From: Geosiphon pyriformis uo1
Taxonomy: Eukaryota; Fungi; Glomeromycota
NCBI GenBank assembly: GCA_016748015.1
Contig: JAAOMT010000735.1
Location: 186,001 to 250,000, forward strand
Reading direction: 5' to 3'
Length of the DNA stretch: 64,000 nucleotides
Below, one piece after another: positions 51,376-63,260 of the stretch. The translations under genes and the position numbers were made by a program. Under the pieces are notes generated by a model. That model made no database searches, was not told where the DNA came from, and saw nothing but the letters and a program-made list of their open reading frames with translations. The stretch's first letter is position 1. Every line of letters begins with the position of its first letter.

Positions 51376-53035
51376 ATGTCAAACAAGATTTTATCTCACC
51401 CAAAAGCCTTTCAAGCCTACTTAAAAGTTGCCATAATTTTTCTCTTGGCTTTTTTCATAATATTCAGGGTGGAATTTTCAGTTGAGGCTGTTGTTATACC
51501 AAAATCCCAAAACCAGCAACTGTTCGTCGCCAATTTTTCAAAAGACCCTATTTTCCCAAATACAATTCTCAATATTTTTGATCCAGATTTTACAAACGAA
51601 TCAATATCATTGCCAATTTTTGAAGAAGATACCTTTTCAAGCACAAACACCAAACAAAAGCTAGGTAAGAGTATTCAGAAATCTGAAAAAAATTATGAAT
51701 TCTTTAAAAATAACTTCTCCTTGGCAATTGTAAATTTAAAAGAAATTAATTTAACCTCAATTTTAGGCTCAATAGTGAAAAATGAGTCAATTTTAATAGA
51801 TAATTTTATTAATAAGGAAAATTTGGCAATGTCGTTAGATGGTGGTTACATTGGAGAATATAAAGTTATTCAAGGTAAGTTCAATTAATCGCCTTGGTAA
51901 TAACAGTAGCATTTTTTTTAAAGATCTTGACGTAATTCTTACTAATTTAAACATTTACATTTAATCATTCAAGTGAATAGAACACCTCGATATAATTTAC
52001 TTTCAGACATTGCAATATATTCCGAAAATTCCTATTGTCTCGATGATATTGCAACCGAATTTTCAAATGGAGTTCATGGTATTTTTGTCAAAGCTTTATT
52101 GAAATCGTTAATTTCATCGTGAAAGAATTAATTCTTCATCACCTGTCATTAACAGGCGAAATTAAAGATGAAAGGAACCTTAATGGGCTATTATTCACTG
52201 TAACATACCTAAGTGGTGAAGAATCTCGATTAAATGAATTTCTTAATAAACCAGAGTTGATTCCTTACGTAGATCTTCTAGCAGCCGAAGTTCCATTCGC
52301 TCAAGTTCATGCCGGTTTCTTTCGCGAATATCAAAATGCTTCGCTGTATATTCATCGGAGGATTGCGCGATTTATTTTTCTTGTAGACGACAGAGACAAA
52401 AAGCCAATTTTTTTCACAGGGCATAGTTTAGGTGGTGGTACGTTAACATTTGACGGTTATCTTTTATCGATTTCATTGAATATTTACAACTGAATTCATT
52501 TCTCAAATTTCCTCTCTCTTATCAATAAACTATATATATTTTTAGTATATGCAACGTTTGCCGCACTCGTGTTCAAAAAAGCATTTCCAAAACGACGAAT
52601 TTATGTGATCACATATGGTCAACCACGTATTGGTAATCAACATTTTGCCAACTACGTCGATAATACTCTAATAAACCCCTCAGGAGAATCAACAGTTTAT
52701 CGCGTGATTTTTTCGAATGACAACATACCACATTTACCAATTTCTCAAAAAACGTATACACATCCAGGGATAGAATATTGGATCAAATCTCGGGATCAAA
52801 CTACATTTGAATGTCCTGGGTTAAAGGGGACTGAAAATCAAGTGGGCTTTTGATTAAAGAGATTTTGAAAATTTAAGAATTAAAAGTAGAAATCTAATCT
52901 TTTATTTCCTTTTTTTTTAATTAGAAATGTTCCAATAGTGTAAAAGACTTAACAAGGAATGCACATAACGGACCTTATTTTGGGATCATAATGGGGTCTT
53001 GTATTGCCCTTGATAATATTGGAAGTTTTGTTTGA
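51376..53035 (+). CDS. Class 3 (Rhizomucor/Rhizopus-type) secreted lipase, 5 exons, 430 aa
   Basis: Exons 51376-51874, 51974-52078, 52156-52437, 52546-52841 and 52925-53035 with GT-AG introns give an open 1293-nt CDS. Motifs: VHAGF, FTGHSLGGVYA, TYGQPRIGN, RVIFSNDNIPHLP, YTHPGIEYWI, AHNGPYFG (Ser-Asp-His triad). N-terminal hydrophobic segment and long pro-like region. Confidence 0.92.
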
Positions 53036-53664
53036 TTTTGACGTAAAGGGATGATCGAAATAGACTCCATACGCAGGATCTTATTTTCCCTGTCAAAAGA
53101 GAAGGCGTCATTTATCGGTAAACGGTCTTGTTCACTACAAAATATTTACCCAAAATGGTTTCGAAATTCTCACGGTAATACATAGCCCCGTTGAAAAAGT
53201 CATTAAAATAATATCGTGGTGCATATAAACTACGCCACTATCCATGTGTTTATATCCGCTGTACAGATCTTTCTAAAAACCTACATCTTACTACGCATTT
53301 GTCACCAAAAAAGATTCCACATGTACCAATCATCAATTTGAACTGCGGTTCCCTCGAATTTGTCACTTAAGGATGCATAGGTAATTGCTTTGAAATCCGG
53401 ATAAAACATGGAATCCCAGAGATTTCCATAGGTCACATTTCTCGCTACGCCAAAAACCAAATAATTTTTTATATAAACGTAGGCTCAAAAGACCAGCCAA
53501 AAAATTCAAATCAATTCGAATCAAGCTTTAATTTCTTTACAAAAGAATAAAACTGATAAGCTTTGAAATCAATCAAGCTAAACAGTAATATCAACATCAA
53601 AAATATCAATAAATTCTTTATAACCCACATTTTAAACCTCCAATAAATCACCACTCTATAAATC

Positions 53665-54030
53665 ATGGAAACTTTTAGTAATTTTGAAGAGACCTGGGAG
53701 GAAATCTTTGATTGGGATGTGGAGGAGGATGTCGAATTTGCCAAACGAATTACCATCACCTCGATACATCCGAATCTAGGAAAAACTTTCTCTACTTCCT
53801 CATATGATCATTTAAATGAAGAAAACAACAACGAAGATGATGAAGAAGTTGAAAATTCTTACGAATATATTGAAACTTATCAAAAAGCCACATTTTCAAA
53901 TATCCTGAAATCATCTCGTTGGGGCCCTATGGTTATTCCAACTGAACAAAACCTTTACAAAAATAAATCTACTAGCCGGCGAAATATCAAGACCAAAATT
54001 TATCCAATTCCAACAATAAATAACTCTTAC

Positions 54031-54063
<33 letters not shown>

Positions 54064-54282
54064 GAGGATGAAAAATATCGTATAAATCGTCGTCGTGAAC
54101 AAAAAGAAATTGCAAAACTTCATGATCGACGATTATATTCCCAGTTATTGGGTGACCAAGAAATTCAAGATGCTTATTTCCGGGGTGATAAAGTTCAAAA
54201 CGGAAATGAAAATGAAAGTTATTTATATTTGAAAGCTTGTAGAAAGGCTATGAAGGATAGGAAAAAGTTAAAAGGAAAGTGA
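53665..54282 (+). CDS. Hypothetical protein, 205 aa (acidic N-terminus, poly-Ser, basic C-terminus)
   Basis: Intact ORF with a good start context (AATCATGG), coding-like composition and a TATAAA at 53472-53477. No recognised domain. Confidence 0.7.
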
Positions 54283-57230
54283 GAAAACGATTAGTTCCTT
54301 AAAGAAAGAGAATAGGGTAAAATCTTGACCAATTTATTTTTATAATAGTTTTCCTTTTTCTCTATATTTATTTTTAATGTATTTATATTCTGGAAATTTT
54401 TAGTTCAATTCTTTCTGTTAATTAAAATTTAAGTAAATACAATATTTCGACCTTTATATTCTGTTTTTTGAACGAGTCTATAAAATCTACTTGATTTAAT
54501 CAATGTTTTGTTAATTCTTTAAAAAAAACTTGACAGAGTTAATTTAATATTACTTAGCATTTTACTTTATTTTTTGATTATTTGAACTACAGTATCAGTT
54601 TATTAGTAGTAATAAAATAACTTTTGTTTTATATACTAATTGCTAAATGATTTTTTCTATGCATTTCAACCTGATATTTTTTGAAATATTTGAATTGAAA
54701 TTACAAATTACTAAATAATGGTTTACTTTTCTTTAATGTAAATATTATTGGATAAATCAATATATATTTTCTTGAGTTTTTATCAATTTTAGATAAAAAT
54801 CAAAGAAATCAAAGTCAATGTTTCACGCCTCAAAAATGATAAAATTTTTGTTAAATTAACATATTTTTGTGTCATTTTATTTTTTATTATTAAAATAATT
54901 GATCACACTTATTTTTCATTTGAAAAATTCATTGAAAACAATATTTATGCAGTTTTAATAAATATAATAAAAAAGACTTTATGATTAATTTCATAAAAAA
55001 TATATATATTTTTTAAAATCAAAAAATGGTTTATTATAATAATTCATGATTTACATTAAAAAAATTTAAATTATAATAATTTGATTAAATTTTTTATAAT
55101 TCGTCAAATTAAAATATATATATATACAAATAACAAATTGGTTAAAATAATTGGATAGCTTTTTTATTAATGAGAGTAAATATTTGAATTTGCATCATTT
55201 GGGTAAAATTTTTCGGAATTATGAGCTCATCTTTTTGTACGATTATATTCTTATATTACTCGAAATTTTTTTGGTTTTTTGTTACAAATTCAAATGTTTT
55301 GTTAAATATTTATAAGAAACTAATCAAAAAAAAAACCTTATTTGTGCATTGATATATAAAAATTTTCTAGTCTTGTGTTTATGAATAAAAAGTTTAAAAA
55401 AATCCGGTTAATAGAATTGAATAAAACAATATTATAATTTTAAATCATGATTAAAAATTTTATATTAATTAAAATAAAAATTTATTATAATTTTTATTTA
55501 TATTTATACTTATACTTATGTTTATGCTTATATTTTATATTTTATATTTAAATTCATTAATTCTTAATTGGTCTCAATTTAGAATACATAATCTGTTTAT
55601 TATTTGGTCACAGCACGGTCATACGGTTAAAAGATTTCTCTTTCTCTTTTGTTTGGTTTAAAAATTGAAATTTTTTAATGCAAAAGTGTTTGAATTGCTT
55701 ACCATTATTTTGAAAGGATGCAAGTATTTTAAATTTAATAAATAATTCTATCATAGAAGAGAATTGTGAAAAAGATTTTCTTAATTGTATTTTAATTTTT
55801 TACAGAGAACCATCCAAAATAATCAGTCGGTTACCATTATATTTTTCGATAGTAGGAATCACACAAACAAAAAATGTTGGAGAATAACCATGCTTCATAT
55901 GAATCTCTTTCCGTTAACCGTTTTTTGTAGAATCGTCAGATCGATAACCTCATCTATGGAGACATTTCTACAAAATCTCAACTGTGTTCTTGCCAATTAT
56001 CACGCCTCACATTCCTTCTATGGTATCATGCAATTAGAAAGCTTAATTACTAGCAATTAGCTATGCAAGGAGGATCATTGGAAGTACAAAAAAAAGATTT
56101 GTGACAATTCAGTCGTAATTACTTTGATGGAAAGGAAATCCACAGGTTTTATAAAGTGACTCTGAACAGATTTTGATGTACCAAGCTTCTCTCTGAGTTT
56201 TAATTGTTCTAGATTCTTCACAGACTTGTTCTCATGATGAAGACTAATTTTAACTTCTTCTAAATATATATGCTCTCGTGGTTTCCCCAAAGTTCCTACT
56301 TGATATTATGAAATTAATGTGTCATTGCGGCACCCATGTGTCCTCGATACATGTCTGAGAATCTTTATCAGTCCTACAAGGTTTATATGCACGGGTCATG
56401 GCTGATGTTTTGCAGTATGCGTACATCACATACCACAGTTGAGATTTTCCACAATGATAACCAATTACCTGTGGTTTATTGAAAAATGGATTTACAGATT
56501 ATACCTTCAAAAATAAAAAAAAGTTTAAAAACATTCTCAATTAAACTCTAATTGGTACTTTTTACCCTTTTTAAAATGCGAGAGTTGAATATTAATACAT
56601 GTATTATTTATAAGAAAAAAATATATGATCTAATAGTGGATATCAAAAATATATTAGATCAGTTATCTTTGATGTAATATATTTATCATTTTAGATGAAT
56701 CATTGATGTTTATAAAAAATTTATTACATTAGATATTGAAATTCTCATTACAAACTCGATCGATTTTTTGATTAAAATGAATAATTTACAAAACCGAAAA
56801 AATTTAATTTTTTCAATGGTTGCTTCTATTGTTAAACGTGGTCATTCTTAAACTTAAGTTTAAATTTTTTTATCTAATAATTTAAAAAGCTATTAAGCTT
56901 TAAATATTTGATAGAGTTTTTGCAGTAATATATCTAACGCTTTTAAAGCCTTAAATATAAAAAGTATTGGATTTCAAAATTACATTATTTTTCACGCGTT
57001 TGAATCCCTTTTGTGGGTTATTTCAATTGATTTGGAATGAGTCAATATAGTTAAGTGAATACTGGGAAACATTGATTTATAAAATGATGTATCCTACGAA
57101 AATTTTCAAAGGATTGACGGATTGGTAATATTCGGATCAGTTTATAATTTGAGATAAAATATGAGTGAATGTATTTACAAAAAATTTGACTAAAGAAAAG
57201 CTTTTTTTTGCATTTTTTACTAAAATTATT

Positions 57231-58487
57231 TTATTTTTCAAAATCATCCAATCCCTCTGGTGTCAGATTTCTTGATGGTGTCTCGTCGAAACCATCACCG
57301 CCGTTATGGTTAGAAGTGGAAAAATTGGAGATAGGCGATGTTGCTGTGCTTTTAGGATAAAAAGATCTCGTTGTTGTTGTCGTTGTTATTGTATTTGAAT
57401 TTGAAGGAGAGACTTCACGGCTCGATAATGATTTTAAATATTTTTTACCGGAAACCGTTGATGATGAGCTAATAATGGTATTACTCACCGACCCATCATA
57501 CGAAAAATAATTCATATTCGCAGATGGTGAAACTTCACGAAACTTTTCTTTCCTCACATAGACTCCAATATTCGATAATGCAAATTGCTCTAATCGTGTT
57601 GGAGATAACTCATAACTACGTGATCTTTGACTTGATTCTTCATCTACATTTTGATTTGGTTCTGGCGCGATTACACCATCATTCGGATTCTCACGAAATA
57701 CTTTCGGTACCGTAATTCCGAATTGTGACATATTATAAGCAGTAAATGCCGAACTAAAACATTCAAAGTACCAATACATTGTAACTTGTTCTATAATTGG
57801 TAAAATTCGATAAACACACATTCCCACCAGCTGAAGAATATCGATAAAAAATAGAACTGTCTGAAAATGGGTGTATCGTAACATCTTTACGTTTCGTCTT
57901 AGATTAACATGACGACGAAGCATTTTAACCAACTGGAAAAAAAATATCGATTCAGCGATGATATAATAAAATCGCCACAGCGGAGCTAGTACCCTTTCAA
58001 TTTTTTGTAGTGTTATTAGTATCTCGCATTTTTGCGATTTTTCAACGTTTCCCTGAAAACATTGGAAATCAGAAATAACACTAGCAAATATGAAAATTGC
58101 TAATGACACCATACAAGCGCAGATAAATGCCAGGTGAAGGTATTGACGATCCCGAAATTGTTCACAGACCAACGACGTCCTCTTATATACCAGATAGAAC
58201 ATGCCAGATTTTGAGATTTGATACGATATATGAACTAAAAGGTTGATATGAGCTATAACAGATGCCTCGATTAGCCCTTCATTGGCGTATATCAGAAGAA
58301 TGACAGCGAATTCGTGAAATAAAGTGAATATGTTGACTATATTTAAAAGTTTGTCATTATAGCCATTCGTTGTTAACATTCGTAATCGAAGGTAGGAATG
58401 TGCCGTTAGTGATAACGCGACACCTACTAATGCCGCTCCTAACATGTTGCTCAAGACATCATGATCTAAGTGACGCTGATATAACAT
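57231..58487 (-). CDS. Orphan seven-transmembrane (GPCR-like) protein, 418 aa, intronless
   Basis: About seven hydrophobic segments in residues ~12-262 with a short N-terminus. Basic YLVYKR at the end of TM3, a Cys pair in the TM4-TM5 loop, a basic TM5-TM6 loop and a long Ser/Thr-rich C-tail. TM count is by eye. Confidence 0.8.
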   Translation of the reverse strand: MLYQRHLDHDVLSNMLGAALVGVALSLTAHSYLRLRMLTTNGYNDKLLNIVNIFTLFHEFAVILLIYANEGLIEASVIAHINLLVHISYQISKSGMFYLVYKRTSLVCEQFRDRQYLHLAFICACMVSLAIFIFASVISDFQCFQGNVEKSQKCEILITLQKIERVLAPLWRFYYIIAESIFFFQLVKMLRRHVNLRRNVKMLRYTHFQTVLFFIDILQLVGMCVYRILPIIEQVTMYWYFECFSSAFTAYNMSQFGITVPKVFRENPNDGVIAPEPNQNVDEESSQRSRSYELSPTRLEQFALSNIGVYVRKEKFREVSPSANMNYFSYDGSVSNTIISSSSTVSGKKYLKSLSSREVSPSNSNTITTTTTTRSFYPKSTATSPISNFSTSNHNGGDGFDETPSRNLTPEGLDDFEK

Positions 58488-58990
58488 TTTTTTTGCTTGT
58501 AGTTTCTTGAATTAAAAGAAATTAGGGCTCGAGGAGAATTTAATTCAAGCTTATGATGATTTTGATCAATGCTTAAAGCATTTGTAATTGTTGTTGATGA
58601 TGATGTTTTTTAATTTTGTAAAAGATGGTGAGGGTAACGAATACGAAATGTGAATTCTGTCATTAATGATTGATAAATCGATTAATGGCAAAAAAAACCC
58701 TATTTATACAAAATCTAACACCAAATTATAATATGATTAAACCCTGCATCACGCAATTTTCGTGTTTAACTACGAGGTTTCACCTAACTTTAAAAGAAAT
58801 TAAGGCTTTAAACTAATTTTTTTAAAACTGGGAGGAATTATGTTGAAATTTGGATAAAAAAATAATTATTAATTTTTCTTTTTCCTTGTTCACTTTTCAA
58901 AAAAAAAAAGTACAATTTAAAAAAAATTACTTCACGATCAATTTTTCGAAAAAATTCCCATTTTAGAAACAAAAAACCGAGAAGTAGCTC

Positions 58991-59087
58991 TGAATATTAA
59001 TAATTTCTTGATCGGACGATAAACTTATCGAAGCAACTTTGAATATTAATAATTTCTTGATTGAAAGATAAAAACTCATCAAAGTAA
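58991..59087. repeat. Two-copy ~49-bp direct repeat upstream of the 7TM gene
   Basis: TGAATATTAATAATTTCTTGAT...GATAAA...ATC.AAG.AA starts at 58991 and 59040. Confidence 0.8.
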
Positions 59088-59639
59088 AGAACGTAACAAT
59101 CGAACATTTCTGAATACCGGTCATCTTTTCGAATCAGGCACTTGAGAGAGAAATTCAAGCAATCTCACCTACCAAATTAAATGCACTCCTTAGATTTTTG
59201 AATTGCGTCAAGAGCTTATAGTAGTTGCGTTGATTTTTTTTGTGAAACTTTACGAGGAAAGCAACAACTGAGCATCCAAATATTCCCAAGGCAATCGCTC
59301 TATTACTAGTGCGATTTGATGGAGAATATCTCAAAACCTAAGAGTTAATTTGAAAAGTTCTCATCACAAACACGAAATAAAAGATCTCTAGCCTCAAATT
59401 CAAAGCAGTAATACCCTAATTATTGTTGAGATTAACAATGCTCATCGGCTAATTTTGTTTTCAAATTCCAGATACAATCTCGGCGGAAATTAGTTTCCAA
59501 ATTTATCAAGTTACCGATTACCTTCCAAAATAGGCCAATAGTAAATTTCATTTTTGTTTACCTTTGATGGGTACACAACTTCTTATTTAGTTTTTCACTT
59601 GAAATCTGACAGTGAAGTCATTGACGCAATGGTCACCGA

Positions 59640-60500
59640 AATTGCAAACTAATTGGTGTTTACTTTTGCCCCTTTCGTCCTGCTTTGCAAAAATTGTCAA
59701 ATTCGGACATTCATCATATTGGCTGCCCACGCAAACGTCGCCAGATCGGCAAAATCATGCAAGAAAATTATTTCGTTGCAGCAGCCGAAATCAAAACACG
59801 GCTAGAAGAAATGCATCCGGGGTTCGAAATCGACTAACTAATTGTCCAGGACGAGCTTTTAAGACTTGGTTACATCGCAATCGTGTCTCTCCCCTCACTA
59901 AAAGCTCTAAGGAGAACCACTTGCAATGCACCCGTTACCATCGCAATTACAACTGGGGTAAGATTGTATTCTCCGATGAAAGAACTTTGCAGATGTCCAG
60001 AAACACCTTTTCACATGGTCTCATGATGGAGGACTTATAGCAACAATGGTACAGCAACTTCAAGCTGCAAATTTGGACAGCGATCAGCAAACGTGATAAG
60101 ATTGGTTTTCATGTATTACGGAAATTTTAAATCAGCATCTTTATCGTGAGATAGTAAGCAACTACTTTTATGACAAATGACCAGGAAATACGCGTATCAA
60201 TAGTTATTCCAAGATAATGATTCAAAGTACACCTCTAATATGTACGTAATAATTTCCAAGCAAGGTTCCTATATCGTGTTTTGCCGTAGCCATCATCTCA
60301 CCCCATTGAGAATTTTTGAAGCATAAGATAAAAAAAAAGTAAAAGGAACGATGGCAAAAAAAAGCATGTTTTAATTGGGCTAGTAGAGGAATATTAGAAA
60401 AACCTTCCATAGGAGGTGATTCTTTCTAATACTCGCAGCATGCCTGCCCGCGTTCAAGTTTGTATAAATGCAGAAAGAGGCCTTACTACGTATTAATTTT
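59640..60500 (+). mobile_element. Degenerate Tc1/mariner transposase relic
   Basis: NWGKIVFSDER (first D), QDNDSKYTS (~60210-60236, second D), PIENF* (~60303) and terminal NAERGLTTY* (cf. AKGGxTKY). TIRs were not identified. Confidence 0.75.
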
Positions 60501-61136
60501 TTTATATTATGAAATTGATATTAAGGAATTTGAATAAAAACTCCAGGGTTTCTGTTTAAAATATTGTCCATCATTACTTTTTCAAATAGATATCATTTCT
60601 GCGCTCTTTTCAGTGGTCAAAATTCTCTCGGGGGGTAAGGATACTAATAAAATTTCGACATATCAAATCTTTAAGAAAATACCAAAGAAGAGGGAAATTG
60701 TATAATGACTACCATTTCCATGTCGCTCTCTGTCATCTCGATTGAGTAATTGTAAGTAATAAGAAAATTTCAAACCTACAAAATGAAAGTTTTCATATAT
60801 TTTAGGGAAAAATTACTGATTCGGGAATGCTAGCTGTAAAAGCTTTCCTAGGCAGCTCAATTCATTTTATTTGAAACGGAAGACATCAAACCACCACCGT
60901 TCGGTTTTTTTTAAAGTTTCAATGGATTTAGGCGTTTAAAGCTTATGAAGTAATTTTATTTTGTTAAAGTTCGACAATAACGAGATTCAGTAGAAAAATG
61001 TTATTTATACTTACGTTTCGTTCATGATAAAGTAACAATTGGAAAAAGGATCGTTATTGAACCAAAAAAATGATTTAAAATATAAATATTCAAAAACTTC
61101 CAACACATTACCTTTAAATTTAATATTATTGAGATA

Positions 61137-62392
61137 CAGTCTGGTAAGAAAAAAATTGGAAATATAAAAATGATTGCTATGTTTTAACTAATGTACCAAA
61201 TTACATAAAATAACTATTATTAAAAAGTGAAATACCATATAATTTAATTAATAGGAAATTCTTTTACTATTTGTTTCAATTATCATTTCACAATGCTGCT
61301 TTATTGATCTTACTAACCCAATTAAAGTAGATTCAGGAATATCTTGCCACTTTTCCCCCCATAAATTTCTCTAATTCACTATGATTTTGAGGCATTCTTT
61401 TTTCTACATTCTTTTTAATAATAGCCCAAAGTTTTTCTATTGGGTTTAAGTTAGGACTATTAAATGGGCCACCCCAACAAATCAGTTGTATTCTCAGCAA
61501 TAAACTCTTTGGCAAGCTTGCTAGTATGCTTAGGATCATTATCTTGTTGGAATCACCAATTATCTTCCAGCATTGCTCTAATTTCAGGTAAGTGGTTACG
61601 AAGAATATCTATATAAAATTGAGCATTCATTATTTAAAAAAAACAGAATAAACTAGTCTTTTTTTTTCATAGAAACCCCCTCACATGAGAATTTTTGTTC
61701 AATCTTTAGGCATAAGACAAATTGGTCGAGTACCTTTATGCCAATGCTTTACCATGTTTTAAAAAGGTTAAAAAGATGTTTTATCAATAAAAACTGTTCT
61801 TTTCCAATTGTCGTTCAGATGTTTTTTGGCCTATTCTACACATTTTCGCTTATGTTTTTCAGTCAGCATTGGAGTTGTTCTAGGAAAACTTTTTTTATAA
61901 TTAAGATTAGATAAATGGTTTTGAATAGTAACATGAGAAAAATTTATTTCCTTCTTAGCCAACTTTATTGCTAAATATCTAAATGAAACTGAAAAATCTA
62001 TGAATAATCTGCTCTAATACTTTTGAAGAATTTCCCATAATCTTTTTTGGCTGACTATTACCATTTGCATGCTTTATTGTTCCTTTTTTTTGAATTTTTC
62101 AAGGATATTATAGATTGTAAAAAGGGGTATATTCATTTTATTCTGTATTTTTTTCATCTTTCATATTCCTTGTTTCCAAAAATGTAATATGACTTGCCAT
62201 TGTATTTCTTGCTTTAAAGTCAGCCTTTCTAAAAAAAACTATTAGTTAATACGTGGGAAAATGTTTTTAGAGCTTAGCCACTTACCTAATATTCTGTTTC
62301 CATTTTTACCATTACAAAACTTACCAAAAATGGTTAAACCAAATACAATCTTAATAGATTCATATTTTTCCAATTTTTCTCTTACCAGACTG
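61137..62392 (-). mobile_element. Near full-length inactivated Tc1/mariner transposon (1256 bp)
   Basis: TIRs TA|CAGTCTGGTAAGAAAAAAATTGGAAA and TTTCCAATTTTTCTCTTACCAGACTG|TA. The minus-strand transposase has NWKRTVFIDKTSF, FQQDNDPKHTSK and PFNSPNLNPIEKLWAIIK, with stops and frameshifts. Confidence 0.92.
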
Positions 62393-62670
62393 TATTATTA
62401 TTTTTTTAACCCATTTAAATAATTTAAAAATTATTTATAACCCAAAATATTTAAAGCTAAAATGTGAAAAGAATAACAAATTCTTTTGTTCTTATTAAAT
62501 AAAGATAAAAAATTGAAGGTTAAAAATCTAATCGAACAATTATGTTGTTCACGCAACGATTTATTTTTACAATAGTTCAAAGATTTAGAAATTGTATTTA
62601 ACAAATCCTGTCATGACGAATTTGGAAAAGAATTCTACGTATGTTTATGATCACTCTGTTGCATATATAT

Positions 62671-63260
62671 TGTTACGAAAGGCTATTGAGGGTGATAGGA
62701 AATGATCAAAAAGAATTATAACAAGGGAGCGAATTGAATGTGTATGGATTCAATGTGTGTGACCAGTCTCTTAAAAATCACAGTCGCTAATCTTTTCAAG
62801 AAATCTGAAGGTAGAGGAATAGTCCATGATTGTCAACAAGATAACACTACTGATATTATTCTATGCCTCACTAGGCGATTCTTAGAAACAATAACAAGTG
62901 TCTTTATTCAATGAATTACAAGAGCAAGCAAACGGCTTCTTAGGCTAATTCTAAGAATACAAATCAAGAAAGGGAAAAGATAATGTATGTGAATGCCAAC
63001 AAGTAATCCTTTATCCACAGATGTTCAGATACTTAAAGGTAAGAAATTGGGAAAGGGGAAAAAGTAATATGAGAAGGAATATTGGATGTAGGCAACATAC
63101 TTTACTGAAAAGGGTCGATGACCAGGTCAGCGACCAGGTCAATGATCAGGTCAATGATCAGGTCAATGATCAGGTCATTGATTAGGTCAATGATCAGGTC
63201 ATTGATCAGGTCAACGATTACTATCTAAAAATAGGGTGGCTACATCAAGTGGCTAATACA
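62671..63260 (-). mobile_element. Probable solo LTR (590 bp)
   Basis: TGT...ACA termini (minus strand TGTATTAGCC...TTTCGTAACA), AATAAAG on the minus strand near 62902-62908, a tandem array in the U3-like position, and higher GC than the flanks. The flanking 5-mers TATAT and TGTGC differ only by transitions, so the TSD is unproven. Confidence 0.45.
63113..63220. repeat. Tandem array, 9 x 12 bp (consensus GGTCAATGATCA)
   Basis: Directly visible. The central units are the most homogeneous. Confidence 0.95.

Noticed and set aside
55785-56470. GC-richer patch with short ORFs
   Set aside because: No motif, no splice-consistent model and no terminal repeats were found.
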